Part shown: piece by piece, positions 10,356-19,067 of the stretch
Position numbering within the stretch: the first letter of the stretch is position 1
Layout of the letters: every line of letters begins with the position of its first letter
Source of the DNA: Chthonomonas calidirosea
Lineage (GTDB): Bacteria > Armatimonadota > Fimbriimonadia > Fimbriimonadales > Fimbriimonadaceae
Direction of reading: 5' to 3'
Length of the DNA: 63,979 nucleotides
NCBI GenBank assembly: GCA_945859975.1
Contig: CAMAPH010000012.1
Coordinates: 1-63,979 of the forward strand
Notes under the pieces: model-generated
Told to the model about the DNA's origin: nothing
The model's database searches: none
Seen by the model: the letters and a program-made list of their open reading frames with translations, nothing else
Position numbers and translations under genes: made by a program

Positions 10356-11071
10356 GCGCGGACGCTTTCGTTGGTCTCGGCTTGCTGGGGCTGTTGCGCG
10401 GTTTGCGCATTGTTTTCGGAAAGCCGAGTTCGCAGTCGTTTTGCGAGCAGGCGAATGCTCTTCTCGTGCGCGCTTGAGGATCGGCTGAAAAAGAAGCGGG
10501 TTGCCGCCGCTATCGTTGCGGTGACAATGATCATTAGGGCCGGCGCTCCGAGGGCGGTGGCGGCACCGAACTTTCCGCTGAGGGCAAGGCCCATGATCAG
10601 CAGGAAGGTGCCGATGATGCCGAACATCACCGCGACGCCATCGAGACGGCTACTGATGTCTAGACGGACGGTTCCATTGAGCTGGCGAAGGGACACGTTT
10701 ACAGGCACGAGGCCGCCGCCGATCGCGGTCCATTCGCGGACGTTGCCTCTCTCGTTGATCGTGCCTTCCTCACCGAGAGTTTTACGGAGGTCGATGATCG
10801 TGTCTTCCCAGATGTCGGTTGTCAACTCGCCTTCGACGACGTCGTCAATTGAAACCGCCATTGGGCCGCCCCAAAACCAACTGGGTTTTTCCGTTCCGGC
10901 TTGAGATTCAGTTTTGTCGATCGCGCGGCTTATTGCTTCCGGAGAGATGCCCATTTCCTGAGCCGCCGCGCGGAGCTCTGATTCCGACGTAAGGCCGCTT
11001 TCGCTTTGGCCCTGAACGGCTAGGCGGAGGATTTCGGCGGTTTGCTTTTCGTTGAATCTTCGTTCTGCCAT
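10352..11071 (-). CDS. Hypothetical membrane protein with helical N-terminal domain and two TM segments
   Basis: 239-aa ORF; EILRLA...SELRAAAQEMGISPEAI N-terminal pattern; two hydrophobic stretches. Confidence 0.75.
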   Translation of the reverse strand: MAERRFNEKQTAEILRLAVQGQSESGLTSESELRAAAQEMGISPEAISRAIDKTESQAGTEKPSWFWGGPMAVSIDDVVEGELTTDIWEDTIIDLRKTLGEEGTINERGNVREWTAIGGGLVPVNVSLRQLNGTVRLDISSRLDGVAVMFGIIGTFLLIMGLALSGKFGAATALGAPALMIIVTATIAAATRFFFSRSSSAHEKSIRLLAKRLRTRLSENNAQTAQQPQQAETNESVRA

Positions 11072-11078
11072 TGAGATC

Positions 11079-12488
11079 TCAGGAATTCGATTGCGTACCT
11101 AAGATTGTGTGGATAACGTCGGCGGCTGAGTAGGTCTCTTGGCCAGGTTGGAGGTAGCGGGAAACGTGCGCAACGTCGTCTCCGGCAGTAACGAGGGTCG
11201 GCTCCGCCTTGCCACGATGGATTTGTCCGAGACCGACGGTGGCGAGAAGACCGTTGCAGACGCATTTTCTGCCTTCCGTGTTGGCCGGATCGCCGCCTTT
11301 CTTTTCGTACAGTCCAACGGGCTCGGCGGGGCAGCGATAGCCGATTTCGCCGTCTTCCTTTCGATAAAGTTCGCGCAGGTAGCCGAGGTCGCAGACGCGC
11401 TCGCGCCAGGCTTCGACCTCGGGTTCGGAAACGGACCCGGCCATTTTTAGAACCTTGAAGGGGAAGCCGGTCGGGGAAGCGGCTGGGTCGGTGAAGACTT
11501 CGGACTCTCCGGCGACGCTGCGACGGATCACTTCGGCCTTGATGCCGTCGGCCATGCCCGACTCTTCGCAGAAGGCAAAGGCAGTGCCGACTTGGATGCC
11601 TTGAGCGCCTTCGGCGAGGGCTTCGCGCAGGCGGTCATGCGTCCCGAACGATCCGGCGAGCCAGAACGGGAGGCCGAGGTCCCGGAATTTCTCGAGCTCA
11701 GGGGTGTCGCGTGGGCCATATACCGGTTCGCCGCGCTCGTTGAGCTGCATTGCGCCGCGAGGTGGGGCATTGTGGCCACCGGCAGTTGGGCCTTCGATCA
11801 CAAAGCCATCGACCGGCGGATGGGCTTTTTTGGCGAGAACCTGAGCAAGGGAAGCACTCGACACGATGGCGAGAAACTTTGGTCTTGGAAGGGTTCCGGG
11901 CAAGTAATCGTTCGGGTCGAAGGTCGATAGTCCGGGTTCACCGCCGCTGACCTCGATGCGCATTTCGGTGGCTTCGCCTTTGGCGAGTTGATCGAGAATG
12001 CCGGGGATGGAGCGAGGGATGCCGGCGCCCATCAGGACGACATCGACCTTGGCTAGCATCGCGCCGTAGAGGGTGGCCAAGGTCGGAAGCTGGATTTTTT
12101 CCAGCAAATTGATGCCGATCAGGCCGTCGTGACCGGCCTTTGCGAGCCAGACTTCCACGAAGGTGGCAACGATGAGAAGATCGTTGAGCGCGGCGCTTGG
12201 GTTGATGCTCGGGACGGGCTTCGATTTGAAGGGGGCATCTTCGGCTTTTCCGCCTTCGATGAAGTATCGGTCCCAAACTCGAGTCGCCATTTCTGGGATC
12301 GGAAAGTGCTTTAGAGCTTCGGCAATGTGCCCGCCTTCGTCGCCAAGTTGCAATCGGCGAGCGAGAACGGTGTCGATTCCGGTGCCACTGACGACACCCA
12401 TTTGTCCCTGCGAAGCGACGGCCCGGGCGAGGGGCCAAGAAGAAACGGCCACGCCCATGCCGCCCTGGATGATCTGCGGATAGTTCAC
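11079..12488 (-). CDS. Nitronate monooxygenase / 2-nitropropane dioxygenase family flavoprotein
   Basis: IIQGGMGVAVS, GAGIP, EGPTAGGHNAPPRG, GIQVGTAFAFCEESG, SPTGFPFKV. Confidence 0.9.
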   Translation of the reverse strand: MNYPQIIQGGMGVAVSSWPLARAVASQGQMGVVSGTGIDTVLARRLQLGDEGGHIAEALKHFPIPEMATRVWDRYFIEGGKAEDAPFKSKPVPSINPSAALNDLLIVATFVEVWLAKAGHDGLIGINLLEKIQLPTLATLYGAMLAKVDVVLMGAGIPRSIPGILDQLAKGEATEMRIEVSGGEPGLSTFDPNDYLPGTLPRPKFLAIVSSASLAQVLAKKAHPPVDGFVIEGPTAGGHNAPPRGAMQLNERGEPVYGPRDTPELEKFRDLGLPFWLAGSFGTHDRLREALAEGAQGIQVGTAFAFCEESGMADGIKAEVIRRSVAGESEVFTDPAASPTGFPFKVLKMAGSVSEPEVEAWRERVCDLGYLRELYRKEDGEIGYRCPAEPVGLYEKKGGDPANTEGRKCVCNGLLATVGLGQIHRGKAEPTLVTAGDDVAHVSRYLQPGQETYSAADVIHTILGTQSNS

Positions 12489-12550
12489 GCTAAATCAATT
12501 ATGACAGAGTGTGATATGAGCTAAGCCGGACGGGATGGGTACTGTTTAGC

Positions 12551-13447
12551 GTGGCCAACTTGACCGACCTTTCCCCTTACATTTACGGAACCACCCGACT
12601 GGGGGATGAGGCGATTCCGTTTCCGGAGCGAGTGCTCATGGCGCGGACCGCCATGAACGCCGGCATTTGGATTCACAGCAGCCACCAATACGGCGAGGCG
12701 CTTTCGGTTTTGCGCACGGCGTTTGATGAGGACGGCTCGCGCGTTCCGCCAGGGATCTTCAAGCTGGGGTGGAATACGGTGGACGAGGTCCGGAGTCAGG
12801 TTCAGATTCACACCGAAGCGCTGGATATTCCGAGCTTGGCGATTGGGCAGCTTTGCCCCGGCGGGCAATTGGCGGAGGATCTTCGAAACGGCGGGGATAG
12901 CCTCGCAGGACTAGCCGAATTGAAAAAGGAAGGGCTTGTTGAGCGGTTCGTGATGGAGGTCTGGCCGTGGACCTCGATGACGGCGCAGATGGCGATTCAG
13001 GGTGGGTTTGCCGAAGGGTTGATTGATGGCTACATCTTCTATCTGAATCCGCTGCAGCGGTTTGTCCGGAACGACTTGTGGGACATCTTGATGCGGCAGA
13101 AGCATTCGGTGATCGCGATGCGGACGGTTGCGGGTGGCAGCATCAAGGCGCTTCGAGAGAACGATCGTGCGCCGAAGTATCTGCGACAGCGAGCGGCGGA
13201 AGTTGAGCCGCTGTTCCATAGCTCAGGAATCGAAAGCTGGACGGAGTTTTCCGTTCGGTTTGCTTTGGGAATCGGGCAGGTGCAGGCGACGGTCGGTTCG
13301 ACGGCGAAGCGGGAGAACTTCTTGGAGTTTCAGCGCGCGGCGAAGAAGGCCGAGGAACTGCCAGAAGAGATCATGGACGCGATCCTCGCGCTGCACCGGA
13401 AGTGGTCCGAAGACCATGATTCGCACGCCGAGCCTTGGTCAATGTAA
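12551..13447 (+). CDS. Aldo/keto reductase-like protein
   Basis: YGTTRLG start, AMRTVAGG, VRFAL; AKR-like length and pattern. Confidence 0.7.
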   Translation: MANLTDLSPYIYGTTRLGDEAIPFPERVLMARTAMNAGIWIHSSHQYGEALSVLRTAFDEDGSRVPPGIFKLGWNTVDEVRSQVQIHTEALDIPSLAIGQLCPGGQLAEDLRNGGDSLAGLAELKKEGLVERFVMEVWPWTSMTAQMAIQGGFAEGLIDGYIFYLNPLQRFVRNDLWDILMRQKHSVIAMRTVAGGSIKALRENDRAPKYLRQRAAEVEPLFHSSGIESWTEFSVRFALGIGQVQATVGSTAKRENFLEFQRAAKKAEELPEEIMDAILALHRKWSEDHDSHAEPWSM

Positions 13448-13496
13448 GAACATTTTGGTAACCCAACTCGACCGGTAACGTATTTGAATTGAGTTT

Positions 13497-13982
13497 ATGG
13501 AAAGCGGGGAAGAGTTACTTCACGGTGAGCTTGAAAGCGATACCGAACTCCGTGACCTTCTTGTTCGACTTGAGAACTTTTCTGCCGACGGCGACTCGTT
13601 TTCGGAGCGGCACCGTGATGTGGTTACGGTTGAGGATGTTGCCGAAGCGCTTGGGTTAGAGCCGAATTTTGTGGCCGCCGAGCTTGCGGATATGCGACGG
13701 CAGGACATTGAGGCGCGGCTGGTTGGCGTGATGCGCGAGCTCGAAGAGCCGCTTTACCGCGTAGAGCGGACGAGTCCAGAACTGCGGCGAGACGCGAACC
13801 CGTTGTTGAAGCTGCGGTCGGTCCGGGAACTCATGGAGCGAAATCGCCCGCAACTCGAGTTGCCACGAAGGCCGAAGCAAAGCGCAGAAGAGTTGAGAAG
13901 AGAGCGTGAGCAATCCCAGCGGACGTTGTTCATCCTGATTGGGATTGCCGTGCTCATCGTTCTTATCGGCTTGCTTCGGTAA
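13497..13982 (+). CDS. Hypothetical protein with C-terminal TM anchor
   Basis: 161-aa ORF with VTVEDVAEALG helix pattern and hydrophobic C-terminus. Confidence 0.7.
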   Translation: MESGEELLHGELESDTELRDLLVRLENFSADGDSFSERHRDVVTVEDVAEALGLEPNFVAAELADMRRQDIEARLVGVMRELEEPLYRVERTSPELRRDANPLLKLRSVRELMERNRPQLELPRRPKQSAEELRREREQSQRTLFILIGIAVLIVLIGLLR

Positions 13983-13992
13983 AGCACTGGCC

Positions 13993-14517
13993 TTACTTAG
14001 TTGTTGCGCGAATTGCTTCCTGAATCTGCTTCAGGTCGGCGGGCTTTGGATTCACGAACTTTGCCGTCACGAGGCGGTTCTTGGCCACGTAGACGATGGT
14101 TTCCCAGTCCGAATACGGCTGGAGTTTGTAGTCCTTCTGAACGGCCTTCGTGCTGAACACTCGGCTCATGAAGAAGACTTTTGGAAGCTTCCACGCTTCG
14201 GCCAATGCCTTGAGTTCCTTTCGGGATTTCTCGTCGCCGGCGGTTTCGTTCAAGTCCACGAGGAACGCCTTCTGTCGACCGCTCGGTGCTTGGCCGACGG
14301 TTTCGTTTATGCCCGCGAGAATCGGCTTGAGCTTGTCTGGGGACTTCAGTTGCGACCACACGATCACAAGAGGCATGATTCCGTATTCGCAAACCGGGCA
14401 TTGTCGCGTGTCGGTGTAGGGGCCAGAGACCCAGTACGGTTCGAAAGGTGCAACTTCGTCTCCGACCGTGAGACCAGGGGTCTGCATCGCGAGGGTGAGG
14501 ACAAGGGTCGCGATCAT
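13993..14517 (-). CDS. Exported thioredoxin-fold-like protein (CPVC)
   Basis: Signal-like N-terminus, GLTVGDEVAPF, CxxC motif; ATGA overlap with the YceI gene. Confidence 0.65.
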   Translation of the reverse strand: MIATLVLTLAMQTPGLTVGDEVAPFEPYWVSGPYTDTRQCPVCEYGIMPLVIVWSQLKSPDKLKPILAGINETVGQAPSGRQKAFLVDLNETAGDEKSRKELKALAEAWKLPKVFFMSRVFSTKAVQKDYKLQPYSDWETIVYVAKNRLVTAKFVNPKPADLKQIQEAIRATTK

Positions 14518-15140
14518 CGGACGGCGATCCCAGTTACGGCAAGGTCGATGTCGATTTTGTTGCCGATGAGGTCGGTGCTAAGGTCGGGGGCAACGTCAAA
14601 GTCAAGTCGATTTACGGAGAATTTGCTGTAGACCTGAACGATGTCTCCGTCTTTCTCGACGCCGCCGCGTGCCTTCAACTTGCCTGGGAGGTACTTCACG
14701 GTCGCATCGACGGTAAGCGGCTTTGTGACACCGTGGAAGAGGAAGTCGCCAGCAACCTTTGCCGTGTAAGTATCTCCCTCGCCCTTTTTAACTTCTAAAA
14801 CTTCCTTAACCGAAAACTCGATTGTTGGATATTTTTTGACATCGAGGCACCAGCTTTGGTGCATGGCTCCGGTCATGTTCTTGCGGCCGAGTTCGGTGCT
14901 ATCGGCGGCCACGACGATTTTGCCCGTTGACTTCTTAGGCTCTTTCAGATTCAAAAGGAGGTTTCCGGTGATCCCGCCCGCGAATCCTCGGACGGGCTCT
15001 AGTGGTGCGTCGATTCCGATGGTCATTCCGGTAACGCCCTTAGGGTCATCCAAGTCGAACGCGATCGCGTCTTTACTCTGCGGAACGGCTGCAATGAGGA
15101 GGGCGGAAATGGGAACAAGTACGAGCCAAGCGGAACGCAT
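14514..15140 (-). CDS. YceI family lipid/polyisoprenoid-binding protein
   Basis: LDVKKYPTIEF, GDFLFHGVTKPLTV, FSVNRLDFDV motifs; signal peptide from ATG at 15140. Confidence 0.88.
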   Translation of the reverse strand: MRSAWLVLVPISALLIAAVPQSKDAIAFDLDDPKGVTGMTIGIDAPLEPVRGFAGGITGNLLLNLKEPKKSTGKIVVAADSTELGRKNMTGAMHQSWCLDVKKYPTIEFSVKEVLEVKKGEGDTYTAKVAGDFLFHGVTKPLTVDATVKYLPGKLKARGGVEKDGDIVQVYSKFSVNRLDFDVAPDLSTDLIGNKIDIDLAVTGIAVR

Positions 15141-15182
15141 GCCGGAATGTACGCATGAGGCGCGACATTTATTCGCCAAATG

Positions 15183-15221
15183 AAAAAACTTTCACCCCAG
15201 ATTTTTAGCCTTGGGTGAAAG
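15183..15221 (-). terminator. Intrinsic terminator after csbD-BON genes
   Basis: CTTTCACCC/GGGTGAAAG stem followed by T6 on the minus strand. Confidence 0.7.
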
Positions 15222-15230
15222 CTGCGTAGG

Positions 15231-15620
15231 TTAGCTCTTGACTTCGAGCTTATTTTCGATCTTCTGCTTGGATCCCGCTTCGGTGATCACCTTCTGGGTG
15301 ATTTCAGTTGCGAGTTCTTTGAGAGCGGAGGAAGTCACGTGACCGGAGAGGCTGACGGCTTCATCGGTGGAGTCCACGTCGATGAGGTTTTCTGGCAGAT
15401 TAAGCCGTTTGTCCGCCTCAAGGGCGACTTTAACCTTTGGCGTCAGCATGGTTGCGGCACCAAAGGTGTCTCCGGCGGCTTTCGCGCCTTCAACCACGTT
15501 CTGCGTTGAATCGGCAGATTTCTGTCGATTTTCGGCAGTGTCTTCTTTCATGCCTTCGGCGGTATTACCGCATCCGATAACGAATAGAGCGGCGAGAATG
15601 GCGAGAACAGTGAATTTCAT
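15231..15620 (-). CDS. BON-domain lipoprotein
   Basis: Lipobox-like VIGC; LTPKVKVAL...IDVDS...VSLSGHV BON pattern. Confidence 0.82.
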   Translation of the reverse strand: MKFTVLAILAALFVIGCGNTAEGMKEDTAENRQKSADSTQNVVEGAKAAGDTFGAATMLTPKVKVALEADKRLNLPENLIDVDSTDEAVSLSGHVTSSALKELATEITQKVITEAGSKQKIENKLEVKS

Positions 15621-15685
15621 ACGGTTGGGGTTTAGGGTTGCAACAGAGGTGGGCAGTGAAGTGGCCCGTGAAGGGCCGTTTCGCT

Positions 15686-15889
15686 TTAGTCTTTAAGCTT
15701 TTCACTCCAGTCATCAACCTGCTTCTGAGCGGCTTCCTGGGTAAGGCCGTACTTCTGCTGCAACAAGCCTTCAAACTGTTCGCGCTTTCCGTTTATCTGG
15801 CCGATTTCGTCGTCGGTAAGGTCGCTCCACTTTTCCTTAAGTGATCCTGACATTTCCTTCCATTTTCCTTCGATGATGTTCCAATTCAT
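15686..15889 (-). CDS. CsbD family general stress protein
   Basis: MNWNIIEGKWKEMSGSLKEKWSDLTDD...LQQKYG (YjbJ/CsbD pattern). Confidence 0.92.
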   Translation of the reverse strand: MNWNIIEGKWKEMSGSLKEKWSDLTDDEIGQINGKREQFEGLLQQKYGLTQEAAQKQVDDWSEKLKD

Positions 15890-16061
15890 GAGTGTTTTCC
15901 TGCAGCCAGAATTGGCCGCCTGACTTCAAGCTACTCCGGCCGTTATAGAAACATCACATTTGAGAGCAATTTTAGGAGTATTTGTGGCGAAATGAGGCAA
16001 TTGGAGAACTGTCTGCCATTATTCGCTAGACTATGGCTGTAGTCGGTCAACCTTTCTGGGG

Positions 16062-16658
16062 CTAGCACTTGCACTTCTCAAGTGCGATTTCCGCCCAAGG
16101 TGCATCCGGTGGCATCGGATTTTCTACAAGATCACGGACGATCCGTAGCCATGCTATGCGGGCTTCAGTTTCTAGAACCGTTGACATGGTTGCAAGTACC
16201 CCGAAGTAGTCGCCTATATCTTCGTTATCCTTCAAAAGGGATTTGCACTTCTCAAGAAACTCGGTAAGTCCCTCGATGGAACTATCGATAAACGCCAGCC
16301 GATCGGCCATGGGAACGATCCCAACGAAGAAGAAGCGGAGCCGAATCAAGTCGGCAGAGTGAGCGATATCGGGTAGCGGAATCGGTGGCGCCAGCCAAGC
16401 CTGAATGGCCGTGACCCCGGCTTCGGTGATTTGAATCGTGTTCTCGCTTGTCTCGGCTAGGAGTCCGAAGCTCAATAGCCGCTTCGCGACCGAGTAGGCC
16501 GTCCCTGCGCGGGATTTGTAATAGGAGGACCCGGAGGTCGAGAGCTCCTTCATCATGGCGTAGATGGTGCAGGGCCCCCGAAGCCAGGCGAGGCCCAGCA
16601 CGCTGAGCTCGATGGTTGATAGATTTCGCTGCGTTTTCGGGCTCGGTTTCTTTTTCAT
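16062..16658 (-). CDS. PadR-like transcriptional regulator
   Basis: VLGL...GPCTIY, ITEAG...AWL, LRFFF winged-helix and C-terminal PadR pattern. Confidence 0.75.
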   Translation of the reverse strand: MKKKPSPKTQRNLSTIELSVLGLAWLRGPCTIYAMMKELSTSGSSYYKSRAGTAYSVAKRLLSFGLLAETSENTIQITEAGVTAIQAWLAPPIPLPDIAHSADLIRLRFFFVGIVPMADRLAFIDSSIEGLTEFLEKCKSLLKDNEDIGDYFGVLATMSTVLETEARIAWLRIVRDLVENPMPPDAPWAEIALEKCKC

Positions 16659-16713
16659 CAGGGCTCTGAGGCAATTCTGCAGAAATGGGAACTTATAATA
16701 CGCGGAATCCGGG

Positions 16714-16730
16714 TATTACAAATTGTAATA
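16714..16730. promoter_or_regulatory. Palindromic operator candidate between PadR-like gene and PDZ-hydrolase
   Basis: TATTACAA-A-TTGTAATA, perfect 8-bp arms. Confidence 0.6.
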
Positions 16731-16740
16731 GGACTCACCC

Positions 16741-18099
16741 ATGATCGCCTTCGGATTGTTACTCGCTCTTCATGTCCCTCAAGCCCCTATCTCTGGGCAA
16801 GACCTTCCGCGTCGCGGCGCCCTCGGGTTGCCGTTCTCACCCATCCCGGCAGATGTGGTTACAAAGCTCAAGCTGAAGTCGGGTGAAGGATTGCTCGCTC
16901 GGAAGCCGGTGGCTGGACTAACCGCGGAGAAAGCCGGAGTTCAAGAGGGCGACGTTGTTCTCGCGATCAACGGTCAAACCCTGAAGCAGGCGACGGTCGG
17001 CGAATTCGTTCGATCGCTTCCGACCGGCAAGCCAGTTAAGTTCGAAGTGTTGCGAGACGCCAAGCCTGTCTCCTTGAGCGCAATGCTGCTAGAGAAGCCG
17101 CGAGACCCGGGCAATGCCAACTATGAAGTGATCTATAGCCATGTTGTGAGCAACGGAGCTCGAATGCGAACGATCATCACGAAGCCTCGAAAGCCAGGTA
17201 ATTACCCCGCATTTATGTTCATTCAGGGCTTTTCGCCGATCTCGTATGACTACGTGCTGGAGACCTCGGTTGGAGACGTGAGCTCGCTGGATGGCCCGCT
17301 GCTTTTCGACTTTGCGAACAGCGGCTTTGTGACGATTCGAGTGGAGAAGCCAGGGGTTGGCGATAGTGAAGGCGGGCCGTTTGCTCCGATGGACTACACC
17401 ACCGAGCTCGACATCTATCGGCAAACGTTGAAGCAGCTCAAGGCTCTGCCAGAGGTGGACACGAAGAATGTGTTCATCTTTGGCCACAGCATGGGAGGCG
17501 CGTTTGGCCCGATGATTGCGGCGGAGAACCCGGTGAAGGGGCTTGCCGTTTACGGCGTTGCGGCGAGAACTTGGTTTGAGTACATTCTCGACACAATTCG
17601 CTACCAGGGGCTTGTTGGAGGCGACACGTTCGAAAATGCCGATGAATCTGCCCGGGAAGGCGCTCGGTTAATGGCGCTGGTGTTCTTGGAAAACAAGAGT
17701 CCGGAAGAAGTGAAGAAGTCTCATCCTTCGCTTGCGAAGGCGGCAGATGCCTACTTCCCGGGTGGGTTGTTCAACGGAAAGTCGCTCGACTTTTGGCGTC
17801 AACTTGCGGCGACCAACTTTGCCTCGTATTGGGCGAAGCTGGACTCACACGTGTTAGCGGCCAAGGGCGAAGCCGACTTCGTGGTTTACGAAGCCGACCA
17901 CAAGCTGATTGCCGACATCATGAATCGCAAGAAGCCGGGCACCGGCAAGTTCGTCATCGCTCCGGGATCGGACCACCTCTTCCACGACTTCCCGACAGAG
18001 AAGGCGAGCATGCAGAACTTCCAGCGCGGCAAGTTCAATCCGAAATTCGGGAAGATGATGATGGAGTGGATCCGCGAAGTGATGGCGAAGGCAGACTAG
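16741..18099 (+). CDS. PDZ-domain plus alpha/beta hydrolase, exported
   Basis: AEKAGVQEGDVVLAING (PDZ); EKPGVGDSEG, GHSMGG nucleophile elbow, DHLF. Confidence 0.88.
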   Translation: MIAFGLLLALHVPQAPISGQDLPRRGALGLPFSPIPADVVTKLKLKSGEGLLARKPVAGLTAEKAGVQEGDVVLAINGQTLKQATVGEFVRSLPTGKPVKFEVLRDAKPVSLSAMLLEKPRDPGNANYEVIYSHVVSNGARMRTIITKPRKPGNYPAFMFIQGFSPISYDYVLETSVGDVSSLDGPLLFDFANSGFVTIRVEKPGVGDSEGGPFAPMDYTTELDIYRQTLKQLKALPEVDTKNVFIFGHSMGGAFGPMIAAENPVKGLAVYGVAARTWFEYILDTIRYQGLVGGDTFENADESAREGARLMALVFLENKSPEEVKKSHPSLAKAADAYFPGGLFNGKSLDFWRQLAATNFASYWAKLDSHVLAAKGEADFVVYEADHKLIADIMNRKKPGTGKFVIAPGSDHLFHDFPTEKASMQNFQRGKFNPKFGKMMMEWIREVMAKAD

Positions 18100-18584
18100 C
18101 CTGCTTCCGCTCTGGCGGCGAGCTTGGGGAACCGGTCGTAAACTTCGTCCTCTTCCCAAGCTTCGCCGGCGGGGTCGGTACCCTCCAGCGACTCGACCTC
18201 GGTGATTAGGTCTGCATTTGCCACCTGCTCATAGGCTTCGGCGGCGGCGTAGTTCAATTCTTCGTTGTCGCAGCCGTTTTTGAGATCTTTGCTGGTGACA
18301 AGTGGAGCTAGATCGTCGGGGGCAAGGACGGCTTGTTCGAAGAACTTGCGACCTTTTCCGATGACGAATGCCTTGAAGTAGTGGAAGCCATCGTCACTGC
18401 AGCCCTCGTTCAGAACATACGCTGCGCCCCAGATGTCCCAGCGATGCAGGAGATTCATCTGCTCACTGTACAGATTCGCGAAGGACTCGATTTCTTCGGC
18501 CTGTAAGGGCAGCAGTGCAGCGGTCACTTTTGCCGCGTTGCCACGGGCATCTTCGATGATTTGCCAAAACTGATCGATGGTCAT
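18096..18584 (-). CDS. DUF4240 domain protein
   Basis: MTIDQFWQIIEDAR, WGAAYVLNEGCSDDGFHYF, FPKL. Confidence 0.88.
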   Translation of the reverse strand: MTIDQFWQIIEDARGNAAKVTAALLPLQAEEIESFANLYSEQMNLLHRWDIWGAAYVLNEGCSDDGFHYFKAFVIGKGRKFFEQAVLAPDDLAPLVTSKDLKNGCDNEELNYAAAEAYEQVANADLITEVESLEGTDPAGEAWEEDEVYDRFPKLAARAEAG

Positions 18585-18597
18585 GATTTGGCTCAGT

Positions 18598-18984
18598 TTA
18601 GACGAAGTTGTGCGTCTTTAACAGCTTCTTTGGGGCGGAGAGTTTGTAGGCTTCGAACAGGACGTCTCGAACCTCGTCCCAGGGGATGTCCTCGATATCC
18701 AGATAGATTCCGATCCAGCCAAGGTGTCCGAAGTATTGAGGCACGTGGTACAGCACCGGGTTGGAAGCGACCAGGATTTCGGCAACTCCACGCGGGGCCC
18801 TGCAGTTGACGTCGATTCGGCCATCGCCGTGGTGACTTTGCATATACCAACCGAACCGCTTGTCGGCGACTTGCAGGCTGAGATGCTCGTTTGCCGGAAG
18901 GCAAGCGCCTTCTGGAAACGACGAGACGATCTCGACGATTTTGGGGCGAGCGATTTGGTCGGCGGCAAGGATTGCGTCGGTCAA
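18598..18984 (-). CDS. MmcQ/YjbR family protein
   Basis: HHGDGR, VPQYFGHLGWIGIYLD, WDEV...EAY...APKKL; TTG at 18984 follows a TACAAT box (alternative GTG at 19041). Confidence 0.82.
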   Translation of the reverse strand: MTDAILAADQIARPKIVEIVSSFPEGACLPANEHLSLQVADKRFGWYMQSHHGDGRIDVNCRAPRGVAEILVASNPVLYHVPQYFGHLGWIGIYLDIEDIPWDEVRDVLFEAYKLSAPKKLLKTHNFV

Positions 18985-19067
18985 GGTGGGAGCATTGTAA
19001 GCGATTGCGGCCGGCTCGACGTGCGGGTTTTTCGGCCGCACGTCGATGTTGTTCTAGCTCATCGGCT

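Noticed and set aside
19042..19062. In-frame ATG-AGC-TAG upstream of the MmcQ/YjbR gene, suggesting stop readthrough
   Set aside because: A TACAAT box and TTG start at 18984 explain the gene more simply; no other recoding evidence
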